From Vicugna vicugna (lineage: Eukaryota): a stretch of 64,000 nucleotides of DNA. The notes below the pieces were generated by a model, which made no database searches, had not been told where the DNA came from, and saw nothing but the letters and a program-made list of their open reading frames with translations. Location: assembly GCA_013265495.1 (NCBI GenBank), contig MU058824.1, positions 1,143,111-1,207,110 of the forward strand, written 5' to 3'. The stretch's first letter is position 1. Every line of letters starts with the position of its first letter. The position numbers and the translations under genes are program-made. Shown piece after piece: positions 13,001 to 27,399 of the stretch.

Positions 13001-14707
13001 TTATCAGAGTGCAGCTCAGTCAGCATAAATTGCCACTACCTCTTCCTGACCAAAATACTGTAAAGGTTATTCTGACCCTTTCATCAGGAAATTGATAGCA
13101 CTACGTAGTCAAAAGTCTTGCCTCACAGCTATGATGGATTTTCCCCCCTCAGAATAAGATCACAGTGATAAAGAGGACTTTGAAAATTGTAAAAATCTTA
13201 CAGACTTTTAGCACTGGAAGTAAAAATCAGTTATTATAAGCTAGTTTCAACTTAACGTGAGAAGACCATGACAAATTTGCTTTAAACACTTGACCAAAAA
13301 CATTTGTAAATGGTGAACCTATCCTCAGAATATTCTTTAGTGACCACTTTCCCAAATACCAAGGGCGCACTGAATACATTCCATAGCCACGTGAGTTAGC
13401 AGTGGCAGCGTCTGCACACAGAAGGAAAGACGGAGACAAAAGCTGCCTTCCTCCGAGCGCAGTGCGACCTCACAGCCACGCTGTCTCTAACCCTCACTAC
13501 ACAGACAGAACCCACGGAACACTGACGCCTACACGGCTAACGCGACTCCCACACACCTGTCATCTATTCAAATTATTAACTACCTTTGCCTTCCTAGAAA
13601 AAAGCCTATTAACATTACCCATATTCTAATTTTAAGTGTAGTTGATTTCCTAAAAAAATAACACTGTCTTTGACCAGATAAAGAAACAATGGCTTACAGA
13701 ATGCCATAAACTTTTTATAAGCAGCTAGACAAATTTTCCCTTTTAGAAAAATTAGTCTGTGTGCTCCAGATTTTAAATTATTGAAGTATTATAAGCAGCC
13801 AGAGTGCCACTTGATTTTTTCAGTATACTCAGACAACAAAAGTAAACTGCAAAAGCCTAATGGGAGAATATCCAAACATGACCATGATAACAATTTACCA
13901 ATTAATGCCACTTCATTTTTTTAGTGGTTTAAGCACAGTTTGGTAGGAGAAAGGCAGTTTCAAAATGGAATACTAAATGACATACCACAAATACTCTTCC
14001 AAAAAACAAAACAGAAAAAGTGTGGATTACTCAGAGACATAAAACTTTTGAATTAAAACACTACAGGTTTTAACACACATAGACTTTAAGCAATTCTGCT
14101 CATTTCCATTAGAAAGACACAGAAGTGGCACTTACTGGTATAGTACAATCCCATTTTAAAGGCAGGTAAATGTTCTGAATATGTGAAAGAACAATAATAA
14201 TATACAAAATACAATTGCATAAATTATGTTCCTCACCACTATATGAGGTCATTTTTAGACTCAAGATAAGAGTTTTATAAGCATTAATTTTAAGATCCTG
14301 AAAATTACAGAACAGTACATTCAAAGTCTGAATCAAGGAAACTCTTTAGTGGTTCAGAATCCTCTGAGAATGTACTAACCAGGAGAAAAATCACTTTCTT
14401 TAAAAATAAGACATATCTCGTCTCACTCAGCAGTCCAGCTCCTTTACCCTTAAAGGTGACCTTCAGCATAGCAGAGTTACCTAAAGATAAGATCGGCAAT
14501 CATTTTTTAAAAAAACAAGTTTTGTGTTAATAAAAAATAAAGGTAGACTACGTAACATTTTGTAACTGTCCTGGGAAAGAAGCGTTCATAGTGCACAGAA
14601 AGGACCCCATACGGCTATTTCCTGGATCCAAAGAAATCCTGGGAAGTTTTTAATTGACCTTATTATATTGTTGCAAAAGGTAGCAATATCCTTGTGTTCC
14701 CTCTCAG

Positions 14708-14715
14708 TGAGGTAG
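14708..14715 (-). promoter_or_regulatory. let-7/miR-98 8mer seed site (CUACCUCA), 3'UTR nt 75-82
   Basis: TGAGGTAG on + strand; TGFBR1 is a reported let-7 target. Confidence 0.85.
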
Positions 14716-14789
14716 AACAATTGACCTCCCAAATTAAAACCCAGGAGCAGATCTGAAGAAAAAGTAGAGTTCACGCAAAGTCATAGATT

Positions 14790-14981
<192 letters not shown>

Positions 14982-15044
14982 TTACCTGTAAATTTCCTTT
15001 TTAAATGACATGCATACAAGTATTTTTGTTTTAGCATTATTTGT

Positions 15045-16505
15045 ATGAGGAAATGAGTAGAAGTGACCTAAATTCCCACGTCAGGCTCCCTGGCCTTGGG
15101 TTCCGGCATTGGGAGGAGGAAGAGACCCAGGACATCTGGTTTTGAAGGCCACTAGGGCTTAACTCCAGGAGCCCCACATGACTGGGGGAAACAGACACTT
15201 CATTCTCTTGGGAAGTATACATAGAATCTCACGTGCGCCAGGTCCAAGGGCAGAAGCAGTGATTTCACAGCAACATGGGCCAGACCTCTCTGCTGGTTTT
15301 GGAGGATCAATTGGGTAGGTAAGGGACGGCTGCGGCTCACCCAGGGGACATAAAATCTGGTGGCGGGCACTCCAGGAGTATTCATCTACATGAGCTTTCC
15401 TGGAGGCTGACATCTTGATTAGATCATTAGCACCAAGACCCAGCCCCACCCAACAGCCTGTAGGCTTAAGGGCTGGGAAGCCTCAGGCCAAACAACATAC
15501 TGGGTGGGAACACAGCCCCACCCATCAGCAGACTTCCTGAGGCACAAATGCCTCCAGACACAGTCCTACCCACCAGAGGTCCAGGACCAAGCTTCACCCA
15601 GCGGTGGGCAGGCACTGGCTCCTCCTGCCAGGAAACCTGTGTAAGCCTCTAGTCCAGCCTCATCCACTAGGGGGCTGATTCCAGAAACAGGAAAACTACA
15701 ATCCCGAAGCCTGTGGAAGGAATCCACAAACACAGGCCAGGCTCTACAATGGAACCGGCTGGACCCTGACCCTTGGGTGACAACAGAGGAGTGTACTGCT
15801 GGAACACGTAGGACGTCTCCCACAGAGGGCCACCTCTCCAAGGTTGGGAAACATAACTAGCCTACCTAAAAATACAAATAGATAGACAGTATGAGGTGGC
15901 AGAGGAACATCTCCCAGGCCAAAGCACAAGATAAAACCCCAGAAGAAATAAGTGATGAGGAGGTAGGCAATTTATCCAAGGAGTTTAAAATAATGATGGC
16001 AAAGATGTTCAGAGAACCTAAGAGGAATATAGACGCAAAGAGTGAAGTTTTTAGCAAAGAGCCAGAAAATATAAAGAATACCCAAACAGAGATGAAGAAT
16101 GAACTCACTGAAATGAACAACACACTACAGTCATCAAATTGACAAAAATTAAGGATAAGGAGAAGGTATTAAAATCAACAAGAGAAAAGCAACAAATAAC
16201 ATGCAACGAAATTCCCATAAGGTTATCAGCTGATTTTTCAGCAGAAATTCTACAGGCCAGAAGGGAGTGGCATGATATATATAAAGTGATGAAAGGGGAA
16301 AACTTTTTAACAACCAAGGATACTCTGTCCAGCAAGGCTCTCATTCAGACTTGATGCAGAAATGAAAAGCTTCACAGATAAACAAAAGCTAAAAGAGTTC
16401 AGCACCACCAAATCAGCTTTACAACAAATGTTAAAGGAACTTCTCTAGTCATCAAATGATTAAGAAAAGAGAACAAAAAGAACGGGGGTGGGGGGAAGAC
16501 CTACA
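15045..16505 (+). mobile_element. LINE-1 5'UTR and ORF1 (internally deleted) in TGFBR1 intron 8, antisense to the gene
   Basis: Plus ORFs 15891-16142 (EVGNLSKEFKIMM...EMKNELTEMNNTL, coiled coil) and 16139-16354 (KIKDKEKVLK..REKQQIT..IPIRLSADFSAEILQARREW); GC-rich leader. Confidence 0.9.
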
Positions 16506-16507
16506 AA

Positions 16508-16810
16508 AGATTGCTTTGGCAGCTGGGGGTCTTTTATGGCTCCATATAAATTTTGGAATTGTTTGTTCTAGTTCTGTGAGAAATGTGAGTATTTTGATGG
16601 GGGGGCATTGGATCTGTGGATTGCTTTAGGTAGTACGGCCATTTTGATAATGCTGACTCTTCCAATCAAAGAGCACAAGATATCTTTCCATTTCTTTGTG
16701 TCATCCTCAATTTCCTTCATCAGTGTTTTAGTTTTCAGAGTATAGGTAGGTAACCTCCTTGGTTAAGTTTATTTCTGGGTATTCTGTTGTTTTTGATGCA
16801 ATGAAAATGT
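16508..16810 (-). mobile_element. LINE-1 ORF2 fragment
   Basis: Homologous to 3920-4190 (ctccatataaatttt...tttgttctagttctgtga); minus peptide EYPEINLTKEVTYLYSEN. Confidence 0.85.
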
Positions 16811-16865
16811 TTATGCCAGTTACAAAATTCTGGTTTTCAAAGTGAAAAAAAAAAATGAATGAAGG

Positions 16866-17840
16866 GCTGCAAATGGCAAAATATCCTTCTTTTTTATGGG
16901 TGAGTTGTATTCCATTACACATATATGCTACATCTTCTTTACCCAGTCATCTGTTGATGTGCACTTGGGGTGCTTCCATATCTTGGCACTATAAATAATG
17001 TTGGGCTGTTAATAGCAGGGTGTATGTATTTTTTTGAATTAATGTTTTTGCTTTTCTCAGGTATATCCCAGGAGTGGCTCTGTTTTGGGGTTTTTGAGAA
17101 ACCTCCATACTGTTTTCCATAGTGGCTGCACCAATTTGCATTCCCATCAGTAGTGCACAGGGGTTCCCTTTTCTCCACATCCTTGCAGACACTTGTTATT
17201 TGTTCTTTTTGATGCTGGCCACTCTGACAGGTGTGGGATGGTGTCTCATGGTTTTGATTTGCGTTTCCCTGATACTGGTGATGCTGAGCAGCTTTTCACG
17301 TTCTTGTTGGCCATCTGCATTTCCTTTTTTAGAAAAAAACCTGTTCAGTTCTTCTGCCCTATTTTAAATGGGTTGGTTGGCTGTCTGCTTTTTAACTGAA
17401 GTACAGTTGATTGTAGTGGTTTCTGGTGTACAGCATGGATGGACTTGGCATTATGCTAAGTGAAATGAGTCAGTCAGACAAAGACAAATACTATAAGATA
17501 TCACTTACTTGTGGAATCTTAAAAAATACAACAAACTAGTGAATATAACAGAAAAGAAACAGACTCACAGATGCAGAGAAGGAACTAGTGGTTACCAGAG
17601 GAGAGAGGGAAGGGGAAGGGGCCAGATGGAAGTGGAGGTATAAAATAAGCTACAAGGATGTATTGTACAACATGGGGAATACAGCCAATATTTTATAATA
17701 ACTATAAATAGGGTGTAAGCTTTAAAAATTATAAGCCACTATATAGTATACCTGTAACATAATATTGTACATCAACTACATTTAAAAAATGATATTGTAA
17801 AATAAATACATAAATAAATAATTAAAATTTTTAAAAAAGG
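16866..17840 (+). mobile_element. 5'-inverted, truncated LINE-1: inverted ORF2 end (16866-~17385, minus) plus 3'UTR and A-rich tail (17434-17840, plus)
   Basis: The reverse complement at 16866 ends ...GCCATTTGCAGC, which in L1 directly precedes CATGGATGGAC... at 17434 (same join seen uninverted at ~49556-49580). Confidence 0.85.
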
Positions 17841-17844
17841 GAAA

Positions 17845-19455
17845 GAAATGACCCAAGTTCCCATCAATAGGGTACAGGTGCCAGCAACTGGAAAGCAGAT
17901 GGGCGAAGGGTGACTGACTTAACAGAGTTGTACAAGGAAAAGAAGGAACCTGACTCACATGGAAACTCCCTCCAAACTGAGGAATTAACTGCATCAGGTA
18001 GCCCTGGGGTGAAGTTCAGGCTAAAACAGGATCAGCCAAAAGAGCTGGAACCCTAGATTTCTGCCCCTCCCCAACTGCACACAGCTGGGTGACTGCCTCA
18101 CCCCTACCCAGCAGAAGAGGAGAGATTTGTGTCACAGACATTTCTGTCCTGGGGAGTATGAGGGCACAGTTCCATACTGACAACACGCTGAATGCTAAGA
18201 CTAAACTATTCTTCCCAACACATGGCCAGCAATTTTACATTCTCCACAGGCGAGAGACGAGAAGACTCTTCAGCCCAAGAGGAGAGGCCAGAAGAGACTG
18301 ACGTCTGTGATTCTCCAAGGAAGCAACCCAATTTGATCAGCCTGCAGTCACAGTCGATGACAGTAAGCTCCACCATGTGCACAGAGTTTCCCATCAGCTC
18401 TCAGGACCCCTCTCATACATGAAGAGTATCTGATCAGAGCCTTGAGGACAGGAATGGGAACTGCAGACAGGCTGACATCACCAGAAAAAAGCAACTTGGA
18501 GAAAACAGTATCAACAATATATCCTTAAGATCATCAAAGAGATTAAAGAAAATACTGACAGTGGGTTTATCATCAGTAGTTTCTTGTTTCTTGTTTGGTT
18601 TTGGAAAAACGTTACAGAAGAACTGGAAGATAAACCTGATTGAAAAAAAAAGATAAAAGCTGATACTTCTAGAAAAATGGAGGGAAAAAAACCCAGATAA
18701 ACAGGAGGGAAAAGATAAGAAAATTAGAAGGCCTGTTCACAACGTCTACATTTGTAACAGAGCTGAAGAAAAACAACAGAGGAATATGGAAGGGAACACC
18801 TCAAAGAGATATTTGAGGAAAATTTCTTAGAGATGAACATTTGTTTCCAGGTAAAAATGACGAAGGGCCCAGCACATACATAAATTCATACAGCAAACTG
18901 AGCACCTACAATCTTCTAGATACCATCCCAGGTGTTAGGGACACAGCAGTGAAGAGAAAAAATCCATGCCCTCATAGAGCTGACATTCTAGAGGGCTAAA
19001 GCATATAATTAATAAGCAAAATGCATGGACTGTCACTAAGTGTTAAGGAGAAACATCATTTGGGAAGGAGATAAAATAAGCCAAGGAAGTAAAGTGCTGT
19101 TTTACATAGGGTGAGAAGCAATGTCTCACTGACAAGGTAACATCTGAGCAGAGACCTGAAAGGGGGAAAATAAGACATGGGTCCAGGAAGGATTCACCAT
19201 AAGAGGCAAAGGGAATCCCCAGGATGAAGGGTGAGGGATGTTCCAAGATGAGAGCTGTACAGCTGGCCTGGAGAACAGCCAATCCAGACTGGAAAAGGTC
19301 AGAAGGTTCTGAAGACACTTTAGGTATTCTATCAGTTTCATATTCTTGATGGGTTTCAACTATTGAAAGATTTATAAAGCCCTAGAAAAGTGGAAGAGTA
19401 AGTTAATGTTAAGTATGTAGAAAACTAACCAAATGGAGAAAAAAACAAAAATGAC
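17845..19455 (+). mobile_element. Ancient HAL1/L1M-like remnant with an L2-like segment (~18880-19170, minus)
   Basis: A-rich ORF1-like tract 18600-18880 (gaaaattagaagg..., gaggaaaatttcttagagatgaa); L2 motif ccatgccctcatagagctgacattctag. Confidence 0.5.
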
Positions 19456-19946
19456 AGTGATGACATTAATTCAGCATGCTGTGACAGTTAATTCCAAATT
19501 GCATATGTGTTCTTAATGTTGACCGCTAACTTTCCTCCATGCTTAAAAAGCCGTCTGTTTAATAATAATCTGCTCTAATTATTGCATGAGTTCATGAATA
19601 CTTCCAGCTTATTATAGTATCAAAGGAATCAAAATCAAAATTTTAAAAGACAAAATCTAGCCCAATTCCATTTGTTAATAAATATGCAAATTCTGTGAAC
19701 ATACTATACATTTTATCTGGGCTTGGATACTTGATTTTGCTAGAGGTAGCCAAGGAGCTCTCTCGATGTCAAAGGCATCTACTTGGGTCCTACATTTTTT
19801 TAAGATGTAAAATCAACTATTTCAGTGACCAGCTTTTTATTCTTCCTAAAATATATAACTTCAAATCTGGAAGGAAATGTTTTGCTTCACCAACATTATA
19901 TAGTTAACAGCTAACAATTAAGGATAGATTAAATAAAATTTCTTAT

Positions 19947-20044
19947 GAATTCTTTAAATGTACAACTACAAAAATATTTCAAAAACTTTTTGTCAGAATT
20001 CTTTAAATGTACAACTACAAAAATATGTCAAAAACTTTTTGTCA
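19947..20044. repeat. Tandem duplication, 2 x 49 bp, 1 mismatch
   Basis: 19947-19995 and 19996-20044; T19978 vs G20027. Confidence 0.95.
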
Positions 20045-20566
20045 GACACTGCTGGAAAGCATTTTCCCCAAATTCCTGGTGAATGGTCATATGGGCAATG
20101 AGATGAATTAAGATGTAAAAACATCTGAACCATCTTCACATCATTCAAATCCCTCATTTTACAAAAAGGTATATTACAGTCCAGAGAACTGTAACGTCTT
20201 GTCTAAAGTCGGACTCTCTATGGCAGCCAGGCTGATCTAGAATGCAGGCTTCCTAATTCCATCCAGCACTGAGCCTGCTACTCTGGGCGGCCCTAATTGA
20301 AGGGAAGCTTTAAGCAAAAATGAAGGAGCCTTGGTTCACTGGCAAATCTAAACAATGTTCTGATACGCTGATGGTCACTGAAAACATTCCACGCCACTTA
20401 CAATGTGCTTAAATTGAACATGAAAACCAAACTGTTCTGTTTTTACTCATTGGTTTAAGAGACATGAAAAAGAAAGGAATGGGAATTCTTATGTCTATTT
20501 TCTGTAAGGAAAAATAGCAAATTCCCACCTACTAAGCAGAAGCAGTTTAGAAAACTGTGTTTGTTA

Positions 20567-20740
<174 letters not shown>

Positions 20741-21310
20741 CTATTTTGAAGGATTCACTCAGATAATGTCAGAATATTCTTGACCAGATCAAAAAGGAAC
20801 CCCCGAGAGTCCTGTTACAGTATCCCATTACTATATGAGGCTGAGTGGAGCAGGGCTTACAGCCTGCTCTAGGCTCACCCACATCTGCGTCAACAACCCA
20901 GCTCCTTGAGTCAGTGCTGAGCCCACACCTTGAAACTAAATGCCACTATGGGATCAGCAAAGGCTATTTTAATGATGGTTAACTGTGAGCTGTGATGACC
21001 AGATTGACATTTTCTCCTGGAACCCTAAAGAGCAAGAAATTAAAGCTTTTATTCTGCAAGTGCACAGCCTCACCTGGTAACGGGGATACACACACTATCA
21101 CTAAGATGTGAATCTCACAAGGCAAGCTGGAAGTGCAGCCTGTTCTATTTGCTACAAAGCAGAGACATAATCCATCCCTCACTGCCTCAAAAACCTGAGG
21201 CACTACAGGTGAGCCTGGGTCCTCCAGGATAAGACTATTTCTCAAGTAAACACTGAAAGTACTCAATCAAAAACTAAACTAAAACAAACTTACTTTAAAA
21301 AGTAATGTAA

Positions 21311-21565
21311 GAGAATACAGACTTGTGGTTACCAGGGGGGTAGAGGGTGGGAAGGGATAGACTGGGATTTCAAAATTGTAGAATAGATAAACAAGATTAC
21401 ACTGTATAGCACAGGGAAAAATACACAAAATGTTATGATAAATCACAGAGAAAAAAATGTGACAATGAGTGTGTATATGTCCATGAATGACTGAAAAATT
21501 GTGCTGAACAGTGGAATTTGACACAACATTGTAAAATGATTATAAATCAATAAAAAATGTTAAAA
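21311..21565 (+). mobile_element. Young 5'-truncated L1 3' end with 14-bp TSD (intron 7)
   Basis: TSD AAAAAGTAATGTAA at 21297-21310 and 21566-21579, preceded by TTT (TT/AAAA site); AATAAA and A tail. Confidence 0.92.
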
Positions 21566-21920
21566 AAAAAGTAATGTAATGGCAGTGTAATTATATTCTG
21601 TATATGTAATTTCCAGCTACTAAGATGGAGAAAATAACCACAATTTCTGAGGGAAAAAAATCAGTTTGACCCAGGTATATGCTAGAAATAGCTCCCTGGT
21701 TGGCCTGTCAAGCCATCATCCATTCTAAATATCTAAATATTCCAAGATCACAAGAGGTTGGTTTCTAATGTTTCTCAAGATTCAGGTGGAAACAGAAAAA
21801 GGATACAGCATGTCATGTTTTCCCCACTATAGGTTTTATCTCTTTTATGCTCCCTGGTACTCTTCAGTGATCACTGGCTGAACATAAATTCCAGTTGTTA
21901 ACTGTGTATAATTTCATTCA

Positions 21921-22133
<213 letters not shown>

Positions 22134-23224
22134 TTATTTGATGGAATAGTGACCACATTACTTTTAAACTGTTAGATAAATTTTCTTTTACTCCTGAGGT
22201 GGGAGGGGGGATGTAGTGAAATCAATATTAACTTAGACCTTTTCCCTGTTTCAGCATGGTTCTGCTGTTTTTTAAAAATGACTACTACTTCTTACAGAAA
22301 TTTTCCCAAAGTGCATACAGTACAAAGTAGAAAAGCATTCCATTACCACCACACTTTTGTGGTGTTGACATTTTGATGAACATCTTTTCAGACATCTCTT
22401 TATACACAGACGTACACAGACAGTATCACATAACTAAGATCATACTAGACCCAAGAATAATATTAAAGATCTGCATTGGTTTGCAAATTAATGATGTCAA
22501 CTAAATCCTATAAAAAGCTAAAACAGCAATTTCATGCTGTCTGCCTTATGATCTTCGTTTCCAGTGAAGGACATACATGTATCAACTGACTATCCCAAGT
22601 GTCTTGATGTACACCACCTCCTTTGTCATGTACTATATATTTTACTCCAGAAGTCTTCTCACTAAAACTGGATAAAAAGAAGGACAGGACTATATTCCAG
22701 GGAACAAAGTAAGAGACAAAAATGAATACCAGTCCTACTGATGCCACACTGTAGGGTTCTGAGGTTTCAAAAACTTTACTAAGGTTGCTGATTAGGACTC
22801 ACAAAGGGAAACAGGAGGGGAAAGTATGCTCTAGGCTACAGTATATGCAGAAGTTCTAAGAGAAAGACATATGTTCAGGAAATAAAAATATGGAAACAGT
22901 TGGGCTAACTATAGTGGAGCATTTGCTGTGAGCATTAAGTGAGATAATATATATAAAAGACCCATTAAAATGACTGGCACGTAGTAGATATCCTAGAAAC
23001 AGTAGCTACTATTACAGTAACGTAACTCATAGTAATATTTTCTGGAAGCGCCACCTTTCATCAGTGGGTACCTTTTTAACTCAGGTAACCCTGGCTTCAG
23101 AGCAGGCAAGACCATGAGATCTTCTACCTGAGGGCAATCTAACAAAGTACAAAGTTGAGTTTCAGAAAAGATATGTATATACCAATGAGAAGGAAAAGAA
23201 GCTGATTTCAGAACATATTAATTA

Positions 23225-23416
<192 letters not shown>

Positions 23417-23829
23417 TTAAACATGGTTGTTTAGTGGGTAATACCATCCACAAGTCTCACCTTTAGGTTCAAAAGCCTTACTTCCCGTCCTAGTGCCAAA
23501 GCATTTCAGCCCCCATCACCTGCAATACCTGGGCCATTACTAAACAACCTTAAGTGAATCAATACACAAAAAGTTGCTGAAATTACATTTCTTCAAAGAA
23601 AATAGAGAAAACAAGATGCTCCAAAAGATGATATTCAAAAAATAAGTCTAATACTCAAAGACTCATAGCATGCTGGGGGGTGGTTAAAGATAAGTTTGTT
23701 GATACCCTATGAATTTTTTTAATAGGAACTCTAGTCACGGATATTCCAATCCAAGGACCAAGAATCTAGATCACTTCCTTTGCCTATCCAGTGAATGTAC
23801 TCATTAAATGCACAGCATCTCTAATACTA

Positions 23830-24510
23830 ACCACCAGCAAAAGTGCTATTTAAGTGCTACAGTGTGGAAAACCTGGAACCCTTATACACCACTGGTGGGA
23901 ATGTGAAATACTACAGGTACTTTGAAAAAAGTCTGGCAGTTTCACAACAGAGTTACTGTCTGATCCAGTAATTCCACTCCCAGGTGTACGTCCAACCGAA
24001 CTGGAAACACATGTCCACAGAAAACACTGTACATCACTGTTCAGAGCAGCATTATTCATAATAACCCAAAATGGAAACAACCCGAATGTCCATCAACTGG
24101 TGAATACGAATATCCAAAATGTGGTATAAATAAAATATTACTCAGCCATAAAAAGGAATGAAGTACTGATAAATGCTGCAACATGGATAAACCTTGAAAA
24201 TACAGCAAGAGAAAGAAGCTGGTCACAAAGGACCACATATTGTATGATGCCATTTATATGAAATGTCCAGAATGAGCAAATCTAGAGATGGAAAGTAGAT
24301 TGATTAGAGGTTGCCAATGGCTAAAGAGTTTGGGGGAAATGAGGAGTGACTGCTAATGTGTAGCATTCTTTTTGAGGTGATGAAAATTTTCTAAAATCAA
24401 CTGTGGTGATAGTTGCACAATTCTGAATATACTAAAAAAAACCACTGAATTGTACACTTTAAGTGGGTGAACTGTATGGTATGTGAATTACAACTCAAAG
24501 CTGTTATAAT
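23830..24510 (+). mobile_element. L1MB/MC-type 3' end (intron 5)
   Basis: ctggaacccttatacaccactggtgggaatg...aaaaggaatgaagtactgata...gaattgtacactttaa...tgtgaattacaactcaa. Confidence 0.85.
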
Positions 24511-25068
24511 CAACAATAATAAAAAGTACAACAATGGGGCCAGTTGAGATTGCACGTGTGATGTGTGTAGTAAAGTGGGGAGTCAGGGAGCCATTAGGTA
24601 GCAAGTGGATAATCATTAGAGCAGAGAGACTATATTAGCATCTGTTACCTTATATGGCACAAAAATCACAGCATAAAAATTTCATAACTAAAACTTAGTA
24701 TCAATTTTTCAACTGTAAAATTGTTTCATGCAGTTTCTTTTATCCTAGGATCAAATACAATTATTAGATGGCCAGATAACATTTGCGTAGCATATTGATG
24801 TTTACAAAGCATTTTCACATTTCATTTGATACTACACATAAATTGAATTCCAAAACCAAGATCCTCAAAAATCACAAGACTAAATGCTACTTTTAAGAAC
24901 TCACAAAAATACCAGTGTTACAATGACTAGAGAATCTCTAAATGAATTCCCACATTCCTAACTCCACCTTAGCTTATCAACAGAAAGAGAAAATATTCTC
25001 ATCTAAAAACTTATTTTAAACATCTCCAGTTAGGCTGACTTTTGCAAAAATTTTCTGAACAGACATTA

Positions 25069-25299
<231 letters not shown>

Positions 25300-26174
25300 C
25301 TATTCAGATGGGTTATCGAACATTTACGATGTACTTAAGTTACCACTACTTTTTACACTCAATCCTGAATCACACAACTGTAATTTGTTAATACCTTATA
25401 TTTGTATATATTTCCTTCATATTTTCTTGTATTTTCAGTTTCTCTTATACTTTTATGTGTATATCCTTTATATCCTAAAAGTAAGCCCCCTATTCTTGAG
25501 ATATGGCAAGGATAACTAATCCCATTCAAGAGACAAGGAATCACAGTTCAAAGATGGTGATCTTGCGTCTACACAGATAGCAGCAGAGCTGGGACTGTTT
25601 GGTGCGTAGAAGAATGCCCGGTTCAGGTTAGGGGTTCAATGTTTGGTTCTGGAAGGAAGAAGAGAAACAACAAGGGAGTGGGGAGGCAAAGAAGATAAGT
25701 ATCTGGAATCTACTGTGGCCACAGTGGGAATGGAATAGTATGAGACAAACTGAAAGTGAGCTTAAATGAGAAATGCAAGCTTTAATGACAGCCTGTGTAC
25801 ACAGTTCATAAAAAAGCCAGACAAGATGATTATGATTCCAAGGTTTCCAGCTTAGAAAAATGTAAAAATAGTGGTATCACTGACACATGAGGAAGCTGAG
25901 ACAGGAACTGGAAATGTCAGGAGGAGAAAAAGCTGGGACTGAATCCAGTTTTACACAAGGTGACTTTTCCATAAGTTCATTTGTAAGCAGATACATGAAT
26001 CTGAAATTTAATTTGAATGTATTTCCCATGAGAATCATGGCAAAGGTTCTCACTGGGCTTCTAAGTGAGGCTGGTCCACAAAAGCCTATTTAACCTAGAA
26101 GTCACTAGAAAACCATATATTTCACAAATCATGAAAGCTAAAAATGAACAATACTAGGAGGACAATTCAGTACA

Positions 26175-26400
26175 AGATGCACACTTGGAGTCATTCTGCT
26201 CTGGGTTGGAATTCAGGGGCTGACTATTACTGACTACGTGACCTCAGACGAGTTTCTTAACCAATGAGCCTTTGTTTATTCTTTTACACAACAAGAATAT
26301 CTTACTTTGCAAAACTATTAAGATTTTAAAAATAGGATAATAGATTTTTAAAGCATTTAGTACACATCTCATGGCATGTAAGAACTTAAAATGTGCTATT
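26175..26400 (+). mobile_element. MIR SINE
   Basis: ctgggttggaattc...tactgactacgtgacctcagacgagtttcttaacc...gagcctttgttt core. Confidence 0.6.
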
Positions 26401-27399
26401 TCCTTCCCTATTAGTTACAACAAAAGAAAAAACTCAAACTGACATAAAACAATTTCTATATTTTGAAAGATACTACTTGGAGGAAAGCAATTCTGATTAG
26501 AAGAGATTAAGGAATGAGATTTTTTTTCAAAAGATTCCGGAGGGGATTTTTGAGTATTTTTAAAAGGATTTAGATATTCATGACACTAGTTCTTTATAAA
26601 CCTGTTTCTTCATAAACTTTTTAAACTGATTCTGTTCAAACTTGTACCTTTCTTTTTCCCTGACACAGGCGTATCACTAGCTTTATCTCTATGCTTAATT
26701 TATTAACCATGCCTGAATTCTGAAAGGCTCACAGATGATAGGAACACAGCCAGATGGAAGAATGGGAGAGTTTCTAAGGTAACTGACAAGAAGGAAGGAT
26801 ATACTTGAGGCTGTGCACATGTAAGGGGTTGTCTGAGGTGGAATCACTAAATCAGGAGGAGAGAGATAAAGGAAAAGGGAATGGAGGTCGAGGGGCTAGG
26901 TTCCAGGCAAGGTCCATTAACCCCTGACAAAGAAGAAAGGAAGTAGGAAAAGCCAGCAGGTCGCCAGTTCCCATGGTGACCACCAGATGACAGCACCAGC
27001 TTGCATGCTGTGTGAATGAATGGGAAGAGTTCAGGGCACAGCTTGTTTACAACTTGGAACAAGACTAAAACTTGCTGGGCCTGGGTGAGGATTGAGCCTC
27101 AAAATGCAGATTTAAAGTCACCACCGTAAAGTTTGAAACCAGAAATGTGGGAAGGTTCTTTAAGGGAGCAGTTACTATCTGAAGAATTAGAGCTTTCTAT
27201 GATTAAGAAGAGTTTCAGAAAATAAAGACAACTATTAAGAAAGTCTAGAGTCCCAGAGCATAATAAAAGTAGTTTTAAGGGTTGGGGGAGAAGCTAAATG
27301 GTGTCAAAGGCAGAAGAAAACTAAGGCCTTGGTCAGACAATGATCACTGCTTTATTGATTTGTTTTTTTTCTTAAATTAAATAATACTGAATTGGTAAT

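Larger units (their letters stand above)
10055..14789 (-). other. TGFBR1: TGFBR1 long 3'UTR (distal end approximate)
   Basis: AT-rich stretch after the stop codon with no recognisable interspersed repeats and many miRNA seed matches; minus-strand AATAAA at 12515-12520, 12477-12482, 10687-10692 and 10076-10081. Mammalian TGFBR1 has a 3'UTR of several kb. Confidence 0.7.
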
